A stretch of DNA of 64,000 nucleotides from an uncultured Planctomycetaceae bacterium (lineage in GTDB: Bacteria; Planctomycetota; Planctomycetia; Planctomycetales; Planctomycetaceae), in assembly GCA_963815195.1 (NCBI GenBank), contig CAWFGE010000013.1, positions 96,001 through 160,000 on the forward strand, written 5' to 3'. Shown piece by piece: positions 10,459-20,800 of this stretch. Position 1 is the first letter of the stretch. Each line of letters starts with the position of its first letter. The notes beneath the pieces are model-generated. The model saw nothing but the letters and a program-made list of their open reading frames with translations. It did not search any database and had not been told where the DNA came from. The position numbers and the translations under genes were made by a program.

Positions 10459-11214
10459 ATGTCGCAAAGCACTTTATCACAACAGCTTCCGGCTTCCGAC
10501 CCGGAAAAGCCCCCCGAGCGTCCGCCTGCGGAACGGCCGCCGATTCCGGACCAGCGGTCGGCGTTTGATCTGGATTACCACCCGATGCCGGTGCTGGCGC
10601 CGGTGGCGCTGTTTTTGGGGCTGGCTTCGTTTGCGGCTTTAATGGGGCTGTTCGGCATCGTCCTCGCGGCCGTGGGCATTCTGATCAGCCTGATTGCGTT
10701 CCTGCAGATCAAAGCGTCCGAAGGGTATCTCAGCGGCACCAAGCTGGTGGTTTCGGGCGGAGTTCTCTCCACCCTGTTTTTGCTTTCCGGCGGGTATTTG
10801 CTGATTTCCGACTACAAAGCCGAGCTGCCGCCGGGCTACCAGCGGGTCAATTTCCCCGCCGAGATTGCGGAAAAGAAGTTTGTCGAGGTGGGCGGCCTGC
10901 GGGAAATCCATCCGGACGTGAAGCCGTTCGTCGATCAGCCGATTTTCATCAAAGGCTACATCTGGCAGACGCGGGCTGATCGCGGGATGTCCAGTTTCAT
11001 TCTGCTCAAAGATAACGGAAAATGCTGTTTCGGCGGCAACCCGGCGCCGAACGATATGATCGAAATCCGCATGCAGGACGGGAAAACCTTCGATTACGTC
11101 TCCGGGCTGGTCGCGGTGGCGGGCGTCTTGCGGGCGGAACCCAACCCCCCGCTGGGCCAGCCGGTTTATGTCATGGAAGCCCAACACGCGGCCAAAGCCA
11201 AAACGGCCTTTTGA
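10459..11214 (+). CDS. Membrane protein with DUF4190-like TM region and C-terminal DUF3299-like domain
   Basis: N-terminal hydrophobic helices, then IFIKGY...FILLKDNGKCCFGGNPAPNDMI...VAVAGVL. Domain names recalled, not searched. Confidence 0.7.
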   Translation: MSQSTLSQQLPASDPEKPPERPPAERPPIPDQRSAFDLDYHPMPVLAPVALFLGLASFAALMGLFGIVLAAVGILISLIAFLQIKASEGYLSGTKLVVSGGVLSTLFLLSGGYLLISDYKAELPPGYQRVNFPAEIAEKKFVEVGGLREIHPDVKPFVDQPIFIKGYIWQTRADRGMSSFILLKDNGKCCFGGNPAPNDMIEIRMQDGKTFDYVSGLVAVAGVLRAEPNPPLGQPVYVMEAQHAAKAKTAF

Positions 11215-11257
11215 CCGCGCCCCTGGATTTTTTAGAATCGGATTTCGACGACAAAAG

Positions 11258-11283
11258 GCGAGCGTGGGGCGTAAGCCCCATGA
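11258..11283. repeat. Short palindromic REP (GCGAGC..GGGGCGTAAGCCCC family)
   Basis: Related copies at 13488-13513, 50142-50167 (inverted) and a weaker one at 56442-56463. Confidence 0.7.
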
Positions 11284-11346
11284 TCGGATAGACAACGCAG
11301 TCGACCGGGGGAAACGAAACCCACACGGAAAGGAACCCCAATCTCG

Positions 11347-12144
11347 ATGAAATCTCACCATCTCTCGCTCAGCCGACTCGCCGGCCTCGCGCCGCTGGGT
11401 TTGCTCGCCGCCTGTTTCGTCGGTTGCCAGGGTTCCACGGACACGGGAGAGTATCACGAATACTCCTCGGCCGGGCAAATCCGAACCCTGCCCGAACCCT
11501 GCTCCCGCCCGAGTCGGACTCCGCAGACAAACCGGCCCCGGCGATCGCGGAAAAACCCGCCCGGACCGAAACGGGACCGCGTCAACCGGCTGCGGAGCGA
11601 CACTGTGAGCGGGGTGGGAAGAGTCACCGCCGCCGAAACAGGAGATCAAAACCCTCGCGGCGAAATCCGGCGAGAAGACTGCCGACAAAACCGAAGCCCC
11701 GCCGCGAGAGATCAAGCTCCTCATTCCCGACAAGTCGTTCAAGAAGGTCGGCCCCGAAGACGCCGTGCGCGTGTCCTACGATGATGTCGATCTTTTGAAA
11801 GTCCTCAACATGGATCCCGTGCCCGTGGACGTGGCCGATTATCTGCCCGGCTGGCTCGAACAACTGGACGGGAAGCGGATCCGCATTCGCGGGTTTATGA
11901 TGCCGGCCTTTACGGACACGAATATTCACTTTTTCGTCCTGCGCGGGATAATCAGATCTGCTGCTACGGCCGAAATCCGAAACGCTACGATGTGATCGAC
12001 GTGGCGATGCGGAAAGGCGTGACCACGAACTACATCCAAAACCGCCCGTTCGACGTGGTGGGCACCTTTCGGATCCAACCCGAAGCCAGCAAAGGCCAAC
12101 TGATTCAGCTTTATGTGATCGAAGACGCCGTCGTCATTCAGTGA
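11347..12144 (+). CDS. Lipoprotein with C-terminal DUF3299-like domain (several frameshifts)
   Basis: Lipobox FVGC and a Pro/Ala linker spread across frames. Then ...[14 protein letters not shown]...FVL / [18 protein letters not shown]...FDVVGTFRI...[10 protein letters not shown], ending at TGA 12142-12144. Confidence 0.7.
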
Positions 12145-12291
12145 CGATGTCGCGGATGCTTTTGATAAATCAGATTCCGGGTGGCTTGCCCAGACGAACG
12201 CCGCCCTCCCGCGTGCACTCACCGCATGAGCTTGCAGGCCGACAAAACGCCTGCGGGTTCAGCGAGGCCTTCAATTCCAAGGAGTCTTTTC

Positions 12292-13485
12292 ATGCGAACC
12301 GCCCGCTTCACACCGTTCGCTTTGGCGATCGCCGCCGTTTTCACTTGGGCTGCCTCGGCCCGGGCTTGCGAGTTTTGCACCGCCCCGCAGTTGACGCTTT
12401 CCGAGCAGGTCGACCAGGCCGATGCCGTGGTCCTCGCCAAGTGGGTCTTCGCGGTGAAGGCGAAGCCTAAAGACAAAGACGACGACGAGGCCGCCCAGCT
12501 CGCCAAGACGACCTACAAGATCGTAGAAGTCGTGAAGAACGTCGGCGGGAAGGTCAAGAAAGAAACCGAAATCGTGCTGCCGGAATACCGTCCCGGAAAA
12601 CCGGGCGACCTGGCGATGCTCTTGGGCGTGCAGGGCACGACGCTGGAATGGGGTATCCCCATCGAAGTCACCAAGGCGAGTTTCGATTACATCGCCAAAG
12701 CTCCCGGCCCCAAGGAACCCCTCAGCAAACGCCTCGAGTTCTTTCTCGACTATCTCGAGTTCCCGGACGATCTCGTGGCCAACGACGCCTACGGCGAGTT
12801 CGCCAGCGCCCCATTTGCCGAGATCAAAAAGCTCAGCGATAAATATCCCCGCGAACGGCTCCGCAAGTGGATCACCGGCAAAGACACCGCCGTCACCCGG
12901 CTCGGGCTTTACGGGCTGATGCTCGGACTCTGCGGCAACGAGGAAGACGCCAAGCTGATGGCCGACCACATCACCCAGCCCACGCAGGATTTCCGCCTGG
13001 GCATCGACGGGATCATGGCGGGGTATCTGTTGCTCAAAGGCGACGACGGCCTCAAGCTTCTCGAAGAGTCCAAGCTCAAGCCCGGCGTCAAAGCCCCCTT
13101 CAGCGAAACCTACGCCGCGATGCAAGCCGTGCGGTTCGTGTGGAACTACGGCGGGAACATCAAGAAAGACCGGCTGAAGCAGTCGATGCGGATGCTCCTG
13201 GACCGCCCGGAGCTCGCGGACCTGGTCATCGCGGACCTGGCCCGCTGGAAAGACTGGAGCGTCGAAGACCGGCTGATGAAGCTTTACGATCAGGAAGGCT
13301 ACGACATCCCCACCATCAAACGGGCGATCGTGCGGTACATGCTGGTCGCGAGCAAGGACACCGCCAAGGACGACGAGCGAAACCCGCCCAAACACGTCGC
13401 CTCGGCAAAAGAGCACCTGGAAACCCTCCGCGAAAAAGACCCCGTCACGGTCAAGCAAGCCGAGCGCTTCTTCTTCGTGAATTAA
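12292..13485 (+). CDS. Secreted protein of unknown function, mature N-terminus CEFC
   Basis: AAGGAG RBS, signal peptide ending ARA, then CEFCTAPQLTLSEQ. Paralogue of the next gene. Confidence 0.85.
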   Translation: MRTARFTPFALAIAAVFTWAASARACEFCTAPQLTLSEQVDQADAVVLAKWVFAVKAKPKDKDDDEAAQLAKTTYKIVEVVKNVGGKVKKETEIVLPEYRPGKPGDLAMLLGVQGTTLEWGIPIEVTKASFDYIAKAPGPKEPLSKRLEFFLDYLEFPDDLVANDAYGEFASAPFAEIKKLSDKYPRERLRKWITGKDTAVTRLGLYGLMLGLCGNEEDAKLMADHITQPTQDFRLGIDGIMAGYLLLKGDDGLKLLEESKLKPGVKAPFSETYAAMQAVRFVWNYGGNIKKDRLKQSMRMLLDRPELADLVIADLARWKDWSVEDRLMKLYDQEGYDIPTIKRAIVRYMLVASKDTAKDDERNPPKHVASAKEHLETLREKDPVTVKQAERFFFVN

Positions 13486-13559
13486 ACGCGAGCGGGGGGC
13501 GTAAGCCCCCTGGTTCCGTTGAAAATAGAACAACCTCGCCATTGCGAGCGATTGACATC

Positions 13560-14738
13560 ATGCGCTCTATCATCGGCTGTCTCTTCCTCTGTCTCGTTAT
13601 CGGGGCATCCCGTCCCGCAAACGCGATGTGCCCGTTCTGTCCGCCGGCGTCGGCGACGCTCAGCGAACAAGCCGCCGAGTCGGACGCCGTCGCCCTTGTC
13701 CGCTTGGTCAAGACCGCCAAAGCCAAGGACAAGGCAGCGACGACAACTCTGGAAGTGGTGTCCATTCTCAAGAATTTCGGCGACCGCTTGGAAGAGAAGG
13801 GCGAAGTGCAGGTTCCCGGAGAAGCCTCCGGGAAAATGGGGGATTTGTTTTTACTGATGGGAACCGCCGAGGGCCGAGACGCCGCGGTTTTCACCTGGGA
13901 CGCCCCGCAACCCATCAGTGAGATCGGGTTTTATTACTTGAAGCAAGCCCCCGGCCCCGAAGCGCCCAAAGAAAAGCGGCTGCGGTATTTTCTCAAGTTT
14001 CTGGAATACCCCGATCCGCTCCTCGCCACCGATGCCTACAGCGAATTCGCCAAGGCGGATTACAGCGACCTGGTGCTCATCAAGGACGCCCTCCCCCGCG
14101 AAAAGATCCGCCAATGGATCAAAAACCCCGACACCTTGGCATCGCGGCTGGGACTCTATGGTTTGATGCTCGGCATCTCGGGCAAGAAATCGGATGCGGA
14201 ACTTCTCGAGGCGAAGATTCTCGATGACGCCGACAAAACTCGATTGGGCATCGATGGCATCATGGGCGGATACCTCTTGCTCACCGGCGATGCGGGGATG
14301 GATCTTCTGGAAAAGACCAAGATCAAAAACCCCAAGGCGCCCATCGCGGATGTGCACGCGGCGATGGCGGCGTTTCGGTTCTTGTGGCAGTACGGGCAAG
14401 GCGTGATTCCCAAAGACCGCCTCCGCTCGGCGATGCGATTGTTGGTGGACCGCCCCGATGTGGCGGACATGGCGATCGCCGACCTCGCCCGCTGGCAGGA
14501 TTGGAGCGTCCAGGACCGCCTGATGGAAATCTACAAAAAAGGCAATCCCGATAACCCCCTGGGCGAAATCACCGTCCGCCGAGCCGTCATCCGCTACATG
14601 ATCGCCGGCACCCTAGACGGCACAGATAACCCCACCCCGCCCCCGCACGTCGCGAACGCCAAAAAGCACCTCGAAGCCTTGCGCAAACTCGACCCGCGCA
14701 CCGTAGAAAATTTTGAGCGGCTGATGCGCCGCGAATGA
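13560..14738 (+). CDS. Secreted protein of unknown function, mature N-terminus MCPFC
   Basis: Signal peptide ending ANA, then MCPFCPPASATLSEQ. Shares RLGLYGLMLG, RLGIDGIM and IADLARW blocks with 12292-13485. Confidence 0.85.
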   Translation: MRSIIGCLFLCLVIGASRPANAMCPFCPPASATLSEQAAESDAVALVRLVKTAKAKDKAATTTLEVVSILKNFGDRLEEKGEVQVPGEASGKMGDLFLLMGTAEGRDAAVFTWDAPQPISEIGFYYLKQAPGPEAPKEKRLRYFLKFLEYPDPLLATDAYSEFAKADYSDLVLIKDALPREKIRQWIKNPDTLASRLGLYGLMLGISGKKSDAELLEAKILDDADKTRLGIDGIMGGYLLLTGDAGMDLLEKTKIKNPKAPIADVHAAMAAFRFLWQYGQGVIPKDRLRSAMRLLVDRPDVADMAIADLARWQDWSVQDRLMEIYKKGNPDNPLGEITVRRAVIRYMIAGTLDGTDNPTPPPHVANAKKHLEALRKLDPRTVENFERLMRRE

Positions 14739-14743
14739 TGGGG

Positions 14744-15565
14744 GAGGGGACCACGAAACACACGAATGACACGAAAAAATTGAAAATGGCGATTGCCATT
14801 AAGTGGCAGGTCAAACTGATATCAAGGGCGTAGCGATGTGGACGAAAAACGATGTGATTCGTGAAACTCGATGGTCTCGCACTTATCAGAAATCTGATGG
14901 AACAAAATACTATTATTTTGAATCTCGCTTCGTGGATGGCTCCGCCACGATCACGCTCAAGGAGCTCGACGCGCGATTGGGGCAAATGGTCCCCCAGCGA
15001 GCAACTCGACTTCGCCAACTCGTTTCGTTGGTGCAAAACGCCCGAACGCGAAGACATATTGCGATTTTTGATTCAAGGTGGCGATCACTCTATTTGGTCC
15101 ACCATTGCTTTGCAGGTCGCCAAAAAACTGCCAACCGAAGAGTCGGTCCCCGTCATTGCCCAATGGGCCAAGTCCTGTCGCGTCGGCCGCGGCGCAAATT
15201 ACTATCAAGCAATCGCACGCACAAACTCGCCTGAAGCGCATTCCATTCTAAAAGACGCCTACGAATGTATTCTAGGAACAGATGGCCTGATGGCCCCAGC
15301 CGATTTCTGCAATTGGATTGCATGCGACTTGATCTCTTGCATCCAGTCCCTGCTTGAACTGGACGAGAATCCGAATGCCTTTCGCGGAATTTATGACAAG
15401 TTAAAACATCACTCGACCGAATCTGCTCAATACCAAGTGCGGCGGCGGTTGGCCAAATACTTTGAAAATGATCTCGCAAAGTAAATCCTCAACTCCGATC
15501 TGTCGCGTTCGGTTGTTGATTTTCCATTTTTCGTGTCTTTCGTGTGTTTCGTGGTCAATCCCTCC
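14744..15565. mobile_element. Putative non-autonomous cassette bounded by ~45-bp imperfect inverted repeats (9-bp cacgaaaca-type units)
   Basis: Left arm ggagggaccacgaaacacacgaatgacacgaaaaaattgaaaat. Reverse complement of the right arm: ggagggattgaccacgaaacacacgaaagacacgaaaaatggaaaat. Interior visibly lower in GC. Confidence 0.55.
14836..15484 (+). CDS. Hypothetical protein, lower GC (probable frameshift near 14970)
   Basis: MWTKNDVIRETRWSRTYQKSDGTKYYYFESRFVDGSATITLKEL plausibly joins the frame reading DWGKWSPSEQLDFANSF...FENDLAK. Confidence 0.6.
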
Positions 15566-15567
15566 GT

Positions 15568-15631
15568 TTGAGACATTGAGATTTTGGTGATTCGAATTTG
15601 TTTCGGATTTCGGGCTTCGGATTTCGGATTT
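15568..15631. repeat. 7-bp-period repeat (ttcggat type), inverted homologue of 1567-1630
   Basis: ttcgaatttgtttcggatttcgggcttcggatttcggattt. Confidence 0.7.
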
Positions 15632-15647
15632 CTTTGAAAGAGGCATC

Positions 15648-16832
15648 ATGTTTGATCTCGCGGCGGTGCAGTCGGCATTAACGGACTTTGGGTTGGACGG
15701 CTGGCTGCTTTATGATTTTCGCGGCAGCAATGTGCTCGCGCAGCGGGTACTTCAGATGAACCCCGAAGCCGTGGGCTCCCGGCGGTATTTGTATTTCATC
15801 CCGGCCGAGGGAACGCCTCGGAAACTGGTGCATCGCATCGAAGCGGATGCCCTCGATCATTTGCCCGGCGACAAGACCGTGTATCTCAAATGGCAGGAAC
15901 TGGAAGCGGGCATCGAGGCGATGGTTACCGGCCGGGGCAAGGTGGCGATGGAATACTCGCCCCGGAACGCCAATCCTTACATCTCCCGCGTGGATGCGGG
16001 CACGGTGGAACTCGTCCAAAGCTTCGGGGCGGAGGTCCAGCCTTCGGGGGATTTGATTCAACTCTTCGAAGCCACCCTCACCCCGGAGCAGCAAAAGCTC
16101 CACCTGGAAGCGGCGGTGCATACCAACTCCGCCTACGAGCGGGCCTGGCGGTTTATTGCGGACGAGATCGCAAAGACCGGCCAGGTCGAAGAAGCCGCGG
16201 TCCGGCGGGAGATCATGCAGCATTTCGCCGAGCATAAGATGGAGACCTATCACCCGCCGATCGTGGCGGTCGGCCCCAACAGCGGGTTGCCCCATTACGA
16301 GACCGGCACCGGCGAGAACACGGCCATCCGCGAAGGGGATTATGTGCTGATCGACCTGTGGGCGAAGCTGTCGCATCCCGACGGCATCTACAGCGACCTC
16401 ACGCGGGTCGGCTTTGTTGGCCAGACGGTGCCCGAGAAGTACAACGAGATTTTCCAAATCGTCGCCGCCGCCCGCGATGCGGGGATCGATCGCGTAAGGC
16501 GGGCTTTTGCGGATGGGGAAACGATCCAGGGTTGGCAGGTCGATCAGGCGGCCCGCGATGTGATCGAGAAAGCCGGCTTCGGCGAGTTCTTCGTGCATCG
16601 GCTCGGCCACAGCATCGGCCGCGAGACCCACGGCAACGGGGCCAACATGGACAACCTCGAAACCCACGAAGACCGCCAGGTCATGCGGAATACGTGCTTC
16701 TCGATCGAGCCGGGGATTTATCTGCCCGAGTTCGGCGTCCGCAGCGAAGTCGATGTGCTGATCGACAACGAAGGAGCGGTGCACATCACCGGCGGCAACC
16801 TCCAAACCGAAGTCCTGCCGATCTTGCGGTAG
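15648..16832 (+). CDS. M24-family metallopeptidase (Xaa-Pro aminopeptidase-like)
   Basis: LIDLWA, YSDLTR, HRLGHSIG, FSIEPGIY and GVRSE motifs. Confidence 0.92.
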   Translation: MFDLAAVQSALTDFGLDGWLLYDFRGSNVLAQRVLQMNPEAVGSRRYLYFIPAEGTPRKLVHRIEADALDHLPGDKTVYLKWQELEAGIEAMVTGRGKVAMEYSPRNANPYISRVDAGTVELVQSFGAEVQPSGDLIQLFEATLTPEQQKLHLEAAVHTNSAYERAWRFIADEIAKTGQVEEAAVRREIMQHFAEHKMETYHPPIVAVGPNSGLPHYETGTGENTAIREGDYVLIDLWAKLSHPDGIYSDLTRVGFVGQTVPEKYNEIFQIVAAARDAGIDRVRRAFADGETIQGWQVDQAARDVIEKAGFGEFFVHRLGHSIGRETHGNGANMDNLETHEDRQVMRNTCFSIEPGIYLPEFGVRSEVDVLIDNEGAVHITGGNLQTEVLPILR

Positions 16833-16843
16833 GAAAGATCAAA

Positions 16844-16903
16844 GAGCCGCGCACGCAGTAAGCGGATCATTAACCGCTTACTGCGTGCGCGGCTCCTTTT
16901 TTC
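16844..16903 (+). terminator. REP doublet hairpin followed by a T-tract, possible intrinsic terminator
   Basis: 22-bp perfect stem gagccgcgcacgcagtaagcgg / ccgcttactgcgtgcgcggctc, then cttttttct, between convergent genes. Confidence 0.65.
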
Positions 16904-16933
16904 TCTTAGAGATTGTCCCATAAGGCTGAAAAA

Positions 16934-17013
16934 TGAGCGGCACGGCGCTAGCCGCCGGTCTGCGTAAGTGTGCGTGCTCTATACTCGACCGGCGGCTAGC
17001 GCCGGGCCGCTCA
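16934..17013. repeat. REPIN (GCTAGC family)
   Basis: tgagcggcacggcgctagccgccggtc ... gaccggcggctagcgccgggccgctca. Confidence 0.88.
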
Positions 17014-17040
17014 CATCAATCCGACTTACGGGACAGACTC

Positions 17041-17655
17041 TCACCGCTCGCGGCGTTTGCGGACGAAGCGGATGTTGCAGCCCACGGCGACGGTCTCTTT
17101 GAGTTCCGGTTCTTTGCCGGCGAGGGCCGCTTTGACGGCGGGTTCCACGTATTTCTTGGTGACTTTCGCGGCGTTGCTGCTATCGTCCATCGCGCCCATA
17201 TACACGATTTTTCGCTCGGCATTCAGCACGAAGAACTCCGGCGTCCGCGTGGCTCCGTAGGCCTTGGCGATTTCCTGCGAATCGTCGTAGAGGTACGGAA
17301 ACACAAACCCTTTTTCCTTCGCCCGGGCTTGCATCTTGGCCAGGCTGTCGGCGGGGACGTGGTTCACGTTGATCGCCACCACCGCCACCCGGCCGTCGCC
17401 TGCCGCGTGCTTTTTCGCGAAGGCGTTGATGCGGTCTTCATAGTCCTGCGCGTAAGGGCAACTGTTGCAGGTAAACACGACCATGACCACGGGCTGTTTC
17501 TTGAGGTCGGCGAGCGAATGTGTTTTGCCGTCCACGCCGGGAAGATCCTTCCAAGCCGGGGCCTCGTCGCCGACGTTCAACACCGGATTGTATTCGCCCG
17601 CGGAAACCAGAGAGAAATTTCCGACGCACACCAACAGCAAACCCCAACGCCACAT
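17041..17655 (-). CDS. Thioredoxin-family (AhpC/TSA-like) protein, secreted
   Basis: Signal peptide, VFTCNSCPY, FPYLYDDSQ, YGATRTPEFF and VGCNI motifs. Confidence 0.9.
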   Translation of the reverse strand: MWRWGLLLVCVGNFSLVSAGEYNPVLNVGDEAPAWKDLPGVDGKTHSLADLKKQPVVMVVFTCNSCPYAQDYEDRINAFAKKHAAGDGRVAVVAINVNHVPADSLAKMQARAKEKGFVFPYLYDDSQEIAKAYGATRTPEFFVLNAERKIVYMGAMDDSSNAAKVTKKYVEPAVKAALAGKEPELKETVAVGCNIRFVRKRRER

Positions 17656-17802
17656 ATTCTGCTCCAAGAAAACAGATTCATTCTGATGAGAAATCACAAA
17701 ACGGGTCCCCATCAGTTTGACCGAAACGCCGACGAAGCACAAACCAATAAGCACAGATCCAACAATGAAGAAATCGATGCGATCCGTCGCAATTGAGCCA
17801 GA

Positions 17803-20800
17803 TTAAATCTCGGGGACGTGATGCAATCCCAAGGGGCCGTGGAGCAGGGACTGCACTTCGGGCGTGGGGAGTTCTTCGTCGTCAAAGCATTCCACGGTTT
17901 GACTTCGCCGCCAGGCGAGGGGGACGCCATCTCGGTAGAGGACCCGATTGGATGCGGCCCGTGGGACGCGCGGATGCTTTGTCAAAACGCCCACCAGATT
18001 CAAAGGGTCAGAGGCGCTCACCACAAGCATTTCCCCCGCCGGGCCTTGGTCGCGGAGCAGGCGGAGCCCGCGGACGGTTTCGCCCAAGGCGAACTGCTCG
18101 CCGGAGACGCCCGAAATGAATCGGCCGCCGCGGATTTCGCCGCGGGCTTCCAGTCGGCGGTAGATTTGGAGGAGTTCGAACCAACGGGGCGAGCCGGGCT
18201 CGCGGGAAAGCAAATCGCGAAACACCACGCCCCACCGCCGGAGCAGCTGCCAGGCCCATTGCTCGGTGATTTCGTGGGGATCGCTTGATTTGACCGGCTG
18301 CCAGATCGACCACCGGCCCACGCTTTGGGATTGGCGTTGTCTTTGCATCCGTTCTCGGGATGATCTTCGGGAGACAACCTGCGAGCCTTGGATGAGCTGC
18401 CGGAGTCCGGAGAATCCATCCGCCGTCACTCGGCCGCGGGCCACGAGTTCGCCCAAGACATCCGGGAGTTGGGCGGGAAGCATTTCGGTCGCCTGGGCCA
18501 GGTCCCCCGCGAACATTGCCCCGCGTTCCCCCAAGACTTCCAACACATGCGCGGCGGGGCTGGAGAGCGGCTCTTCGCTCGATTCGGGCCTTTGAAAACC
18601 CAACCAACCCGCGTCTTCGCGGAGCAAAATCGCCACGGGAATAACTCGGCTCATCGAGGCCATCGGCCGGCCGCGTTTGCCGGTTTTCACAGGCGGGAAC
18701 AGTCGGCCCCAGGCGACTTCGCCCGTCAGGCACAGTTCATCCAGCCATTCCGGGCGATAGCCTTCCACGCGGAGCGGCAGGATGTCTCGCTCCCACGCCG
18801 CCGCGGGAATATCCGAGCCCTGGAGTTGCCCGATGACTTCAAACAGCCCGCCCGTGCCTGCCCTGCGCGAGCCTGGGGCCAATCCGTGCTGCCGGGCCAG
18901 ATAGCGAATGAAAACCTCCACGCCCACCGGCTGAATCTGCCGCCGGAGTCCCGCGACGGTTTCCCGGTGAATCCGCGCCAGAATCCGCCGATGGCACCAT
19001 TCCACGGGCGCTCGGTTCCACTTCCTCGACTTCTTGATCACTCGGCGTGAAATGCCCGCGAAGCACCGTGCCTTCGCCTTCCAAAGCGTGGAGCGTTGCC
19101 TCGGCTTGAGATTCCGTGATCGCCAACTCCGCCGCCAGCCGCGCAGCCGTCACGGGGCCGCTGACTTCCAAAAAGCCTCGCACCATCGCGAGCCGGGCTT
19201 CCACGGAGGACCATTCCTGCTGCACCGTGGGCGGCACGACGATCGGCGGTTGGGCGGTGATTTCCGGAAACACCGCGACCGCTGCGGGCCAACGCTCCGT
19301 CGAAACCCAGGCCGTCTTGCCGTCCTCACGCAAGAACGCCGTGGCTCGGCCGGTCTCGATCAATTCGGCGAACCAAGATCGAATCTCCGGTTCCTGCGCT
19401 CTGGGCAGGATGATGCGGGACAACAAGACATCGTGCAGTTCCTCGGCATCCCGGATCGCAGGCTGTGCTTCCGCGACCACGGAGCGGATCGCTTCGGGAT
19501 CGAGCTTGCCCAGATCGCGAACGCTCTCCACCGCCAACGACCGCCGGGACTGCACGGCCCGCGCCCGGCGTTCCTGGGCTTCGCCGCCGTCCAAAAACGC
19601 ATACGGGTTCGAGTTCAACAATTCATAACTGAAAGGCGAAGGCTCGCGGGTGTCGCGGGCGATCTGGCGGATTTCCCCGCGGGTGATCTGGGCGAGGACT
19701 TGTTTCAGGCCCTTGAGATCGACGTATTCGTGCAGGCAATCGTGCATGGTCTGCTGGACCAGCGGATGGTCGGGGAGTTCGATGTCGCCGGTGTGCTCTT
19801 CCTGGCAACCGGTGAGCCGGGGGAAAACGGCCGTCAGCAAATCGTCCGCCCGGAACCGCTGAAGGGCGGGCGGGACTTTTTTGCCCTTGTTGCTCCGCAT
19901 GACTAAGAGCGAACGCGTCACGTTCCACCGCCAGCGGATTTGAAACACGGGAGCCGCGAGCACGGCTTGCTCCAAAAGGGCCTGGGCGTTGTCTTCGGTG
20001 AGCATCGAAAACAGGCTTTCGATTGGAAAGCTGTGCTGCGGTCCCAAAGAGAGAATGAAGCCGTCGTCGTCGGCCGTCGCTTGCAATTCGAAATCGTAAG
20101 ATCGGCAGAACCGCTTCCGCATCGCGAAGCCCCAGGCCCGGTTGATCGCCGCCCCGAACGGGGCATGCACGACCAACTGCATCCCGCCGGTCTCATCGAA
20201 GAACCGCTCGTAAACCACGTGCTGCTGCGTGGGTAAAAGGCCAATCGCGGCTTTCTGAGCCAGGGCATACGTCACCGCTTGACCGGCGGCGTGGGCGTCC
20301 GAATCGGTTTGGCTTTCGAGCCAGGACTCGGCTTTCGCGGAGTCATCGAGCCTCGCTTCCAAATCCTCCCGCAGCCGGGCGACTTCTTCGGAGAGTTCCA
20401 AGCTCCGCCCCGGGGCTTCGCCTTGCCAGAAGGGAATCGTGGGCGGCGCACCCTGGGCGTCGGTGACGGTCACATCGCCCCCGCGGATGTGCCGGATTCG
20501 CCACGACGTGTTCCCCAACAGGAACACATCGCCTGCGTTGCTTTCGACGGCGAACTCCTCATCCAACGATCCGACCACGGTCTGTTCCGGCTCCGCGACG
20601 ACGCGGTACGAAGCGATCTCGGGAATCGCCCCGCCATTCGTTGTCGCTGCGATTCTGGCCCCTTTTCTCGCCCGCAGCTTGCCGCCGACGTGATCGTAAT
20701 GCAGATATGTCCGCCCCCGCCCGCTGGTCTGGGAAATGCCTTCGCTGAGATAATTCAGCACCCGGTCGAAATCTTTGCGGGAAAGACTGCGGTAGGAATA

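Noticed and set aside
12867..13559. N-terminal extension of the second CxxC protein
   Set aside because: Out-of-frame overlap with the upstream paralogue; a signal peptide starts at 13560.
16933..17796. ORFs starting MSG(T/S)ALA (also at 34495 and 63975)
   Set aside because: The shared start is just the translated REP arm, not a protein family.
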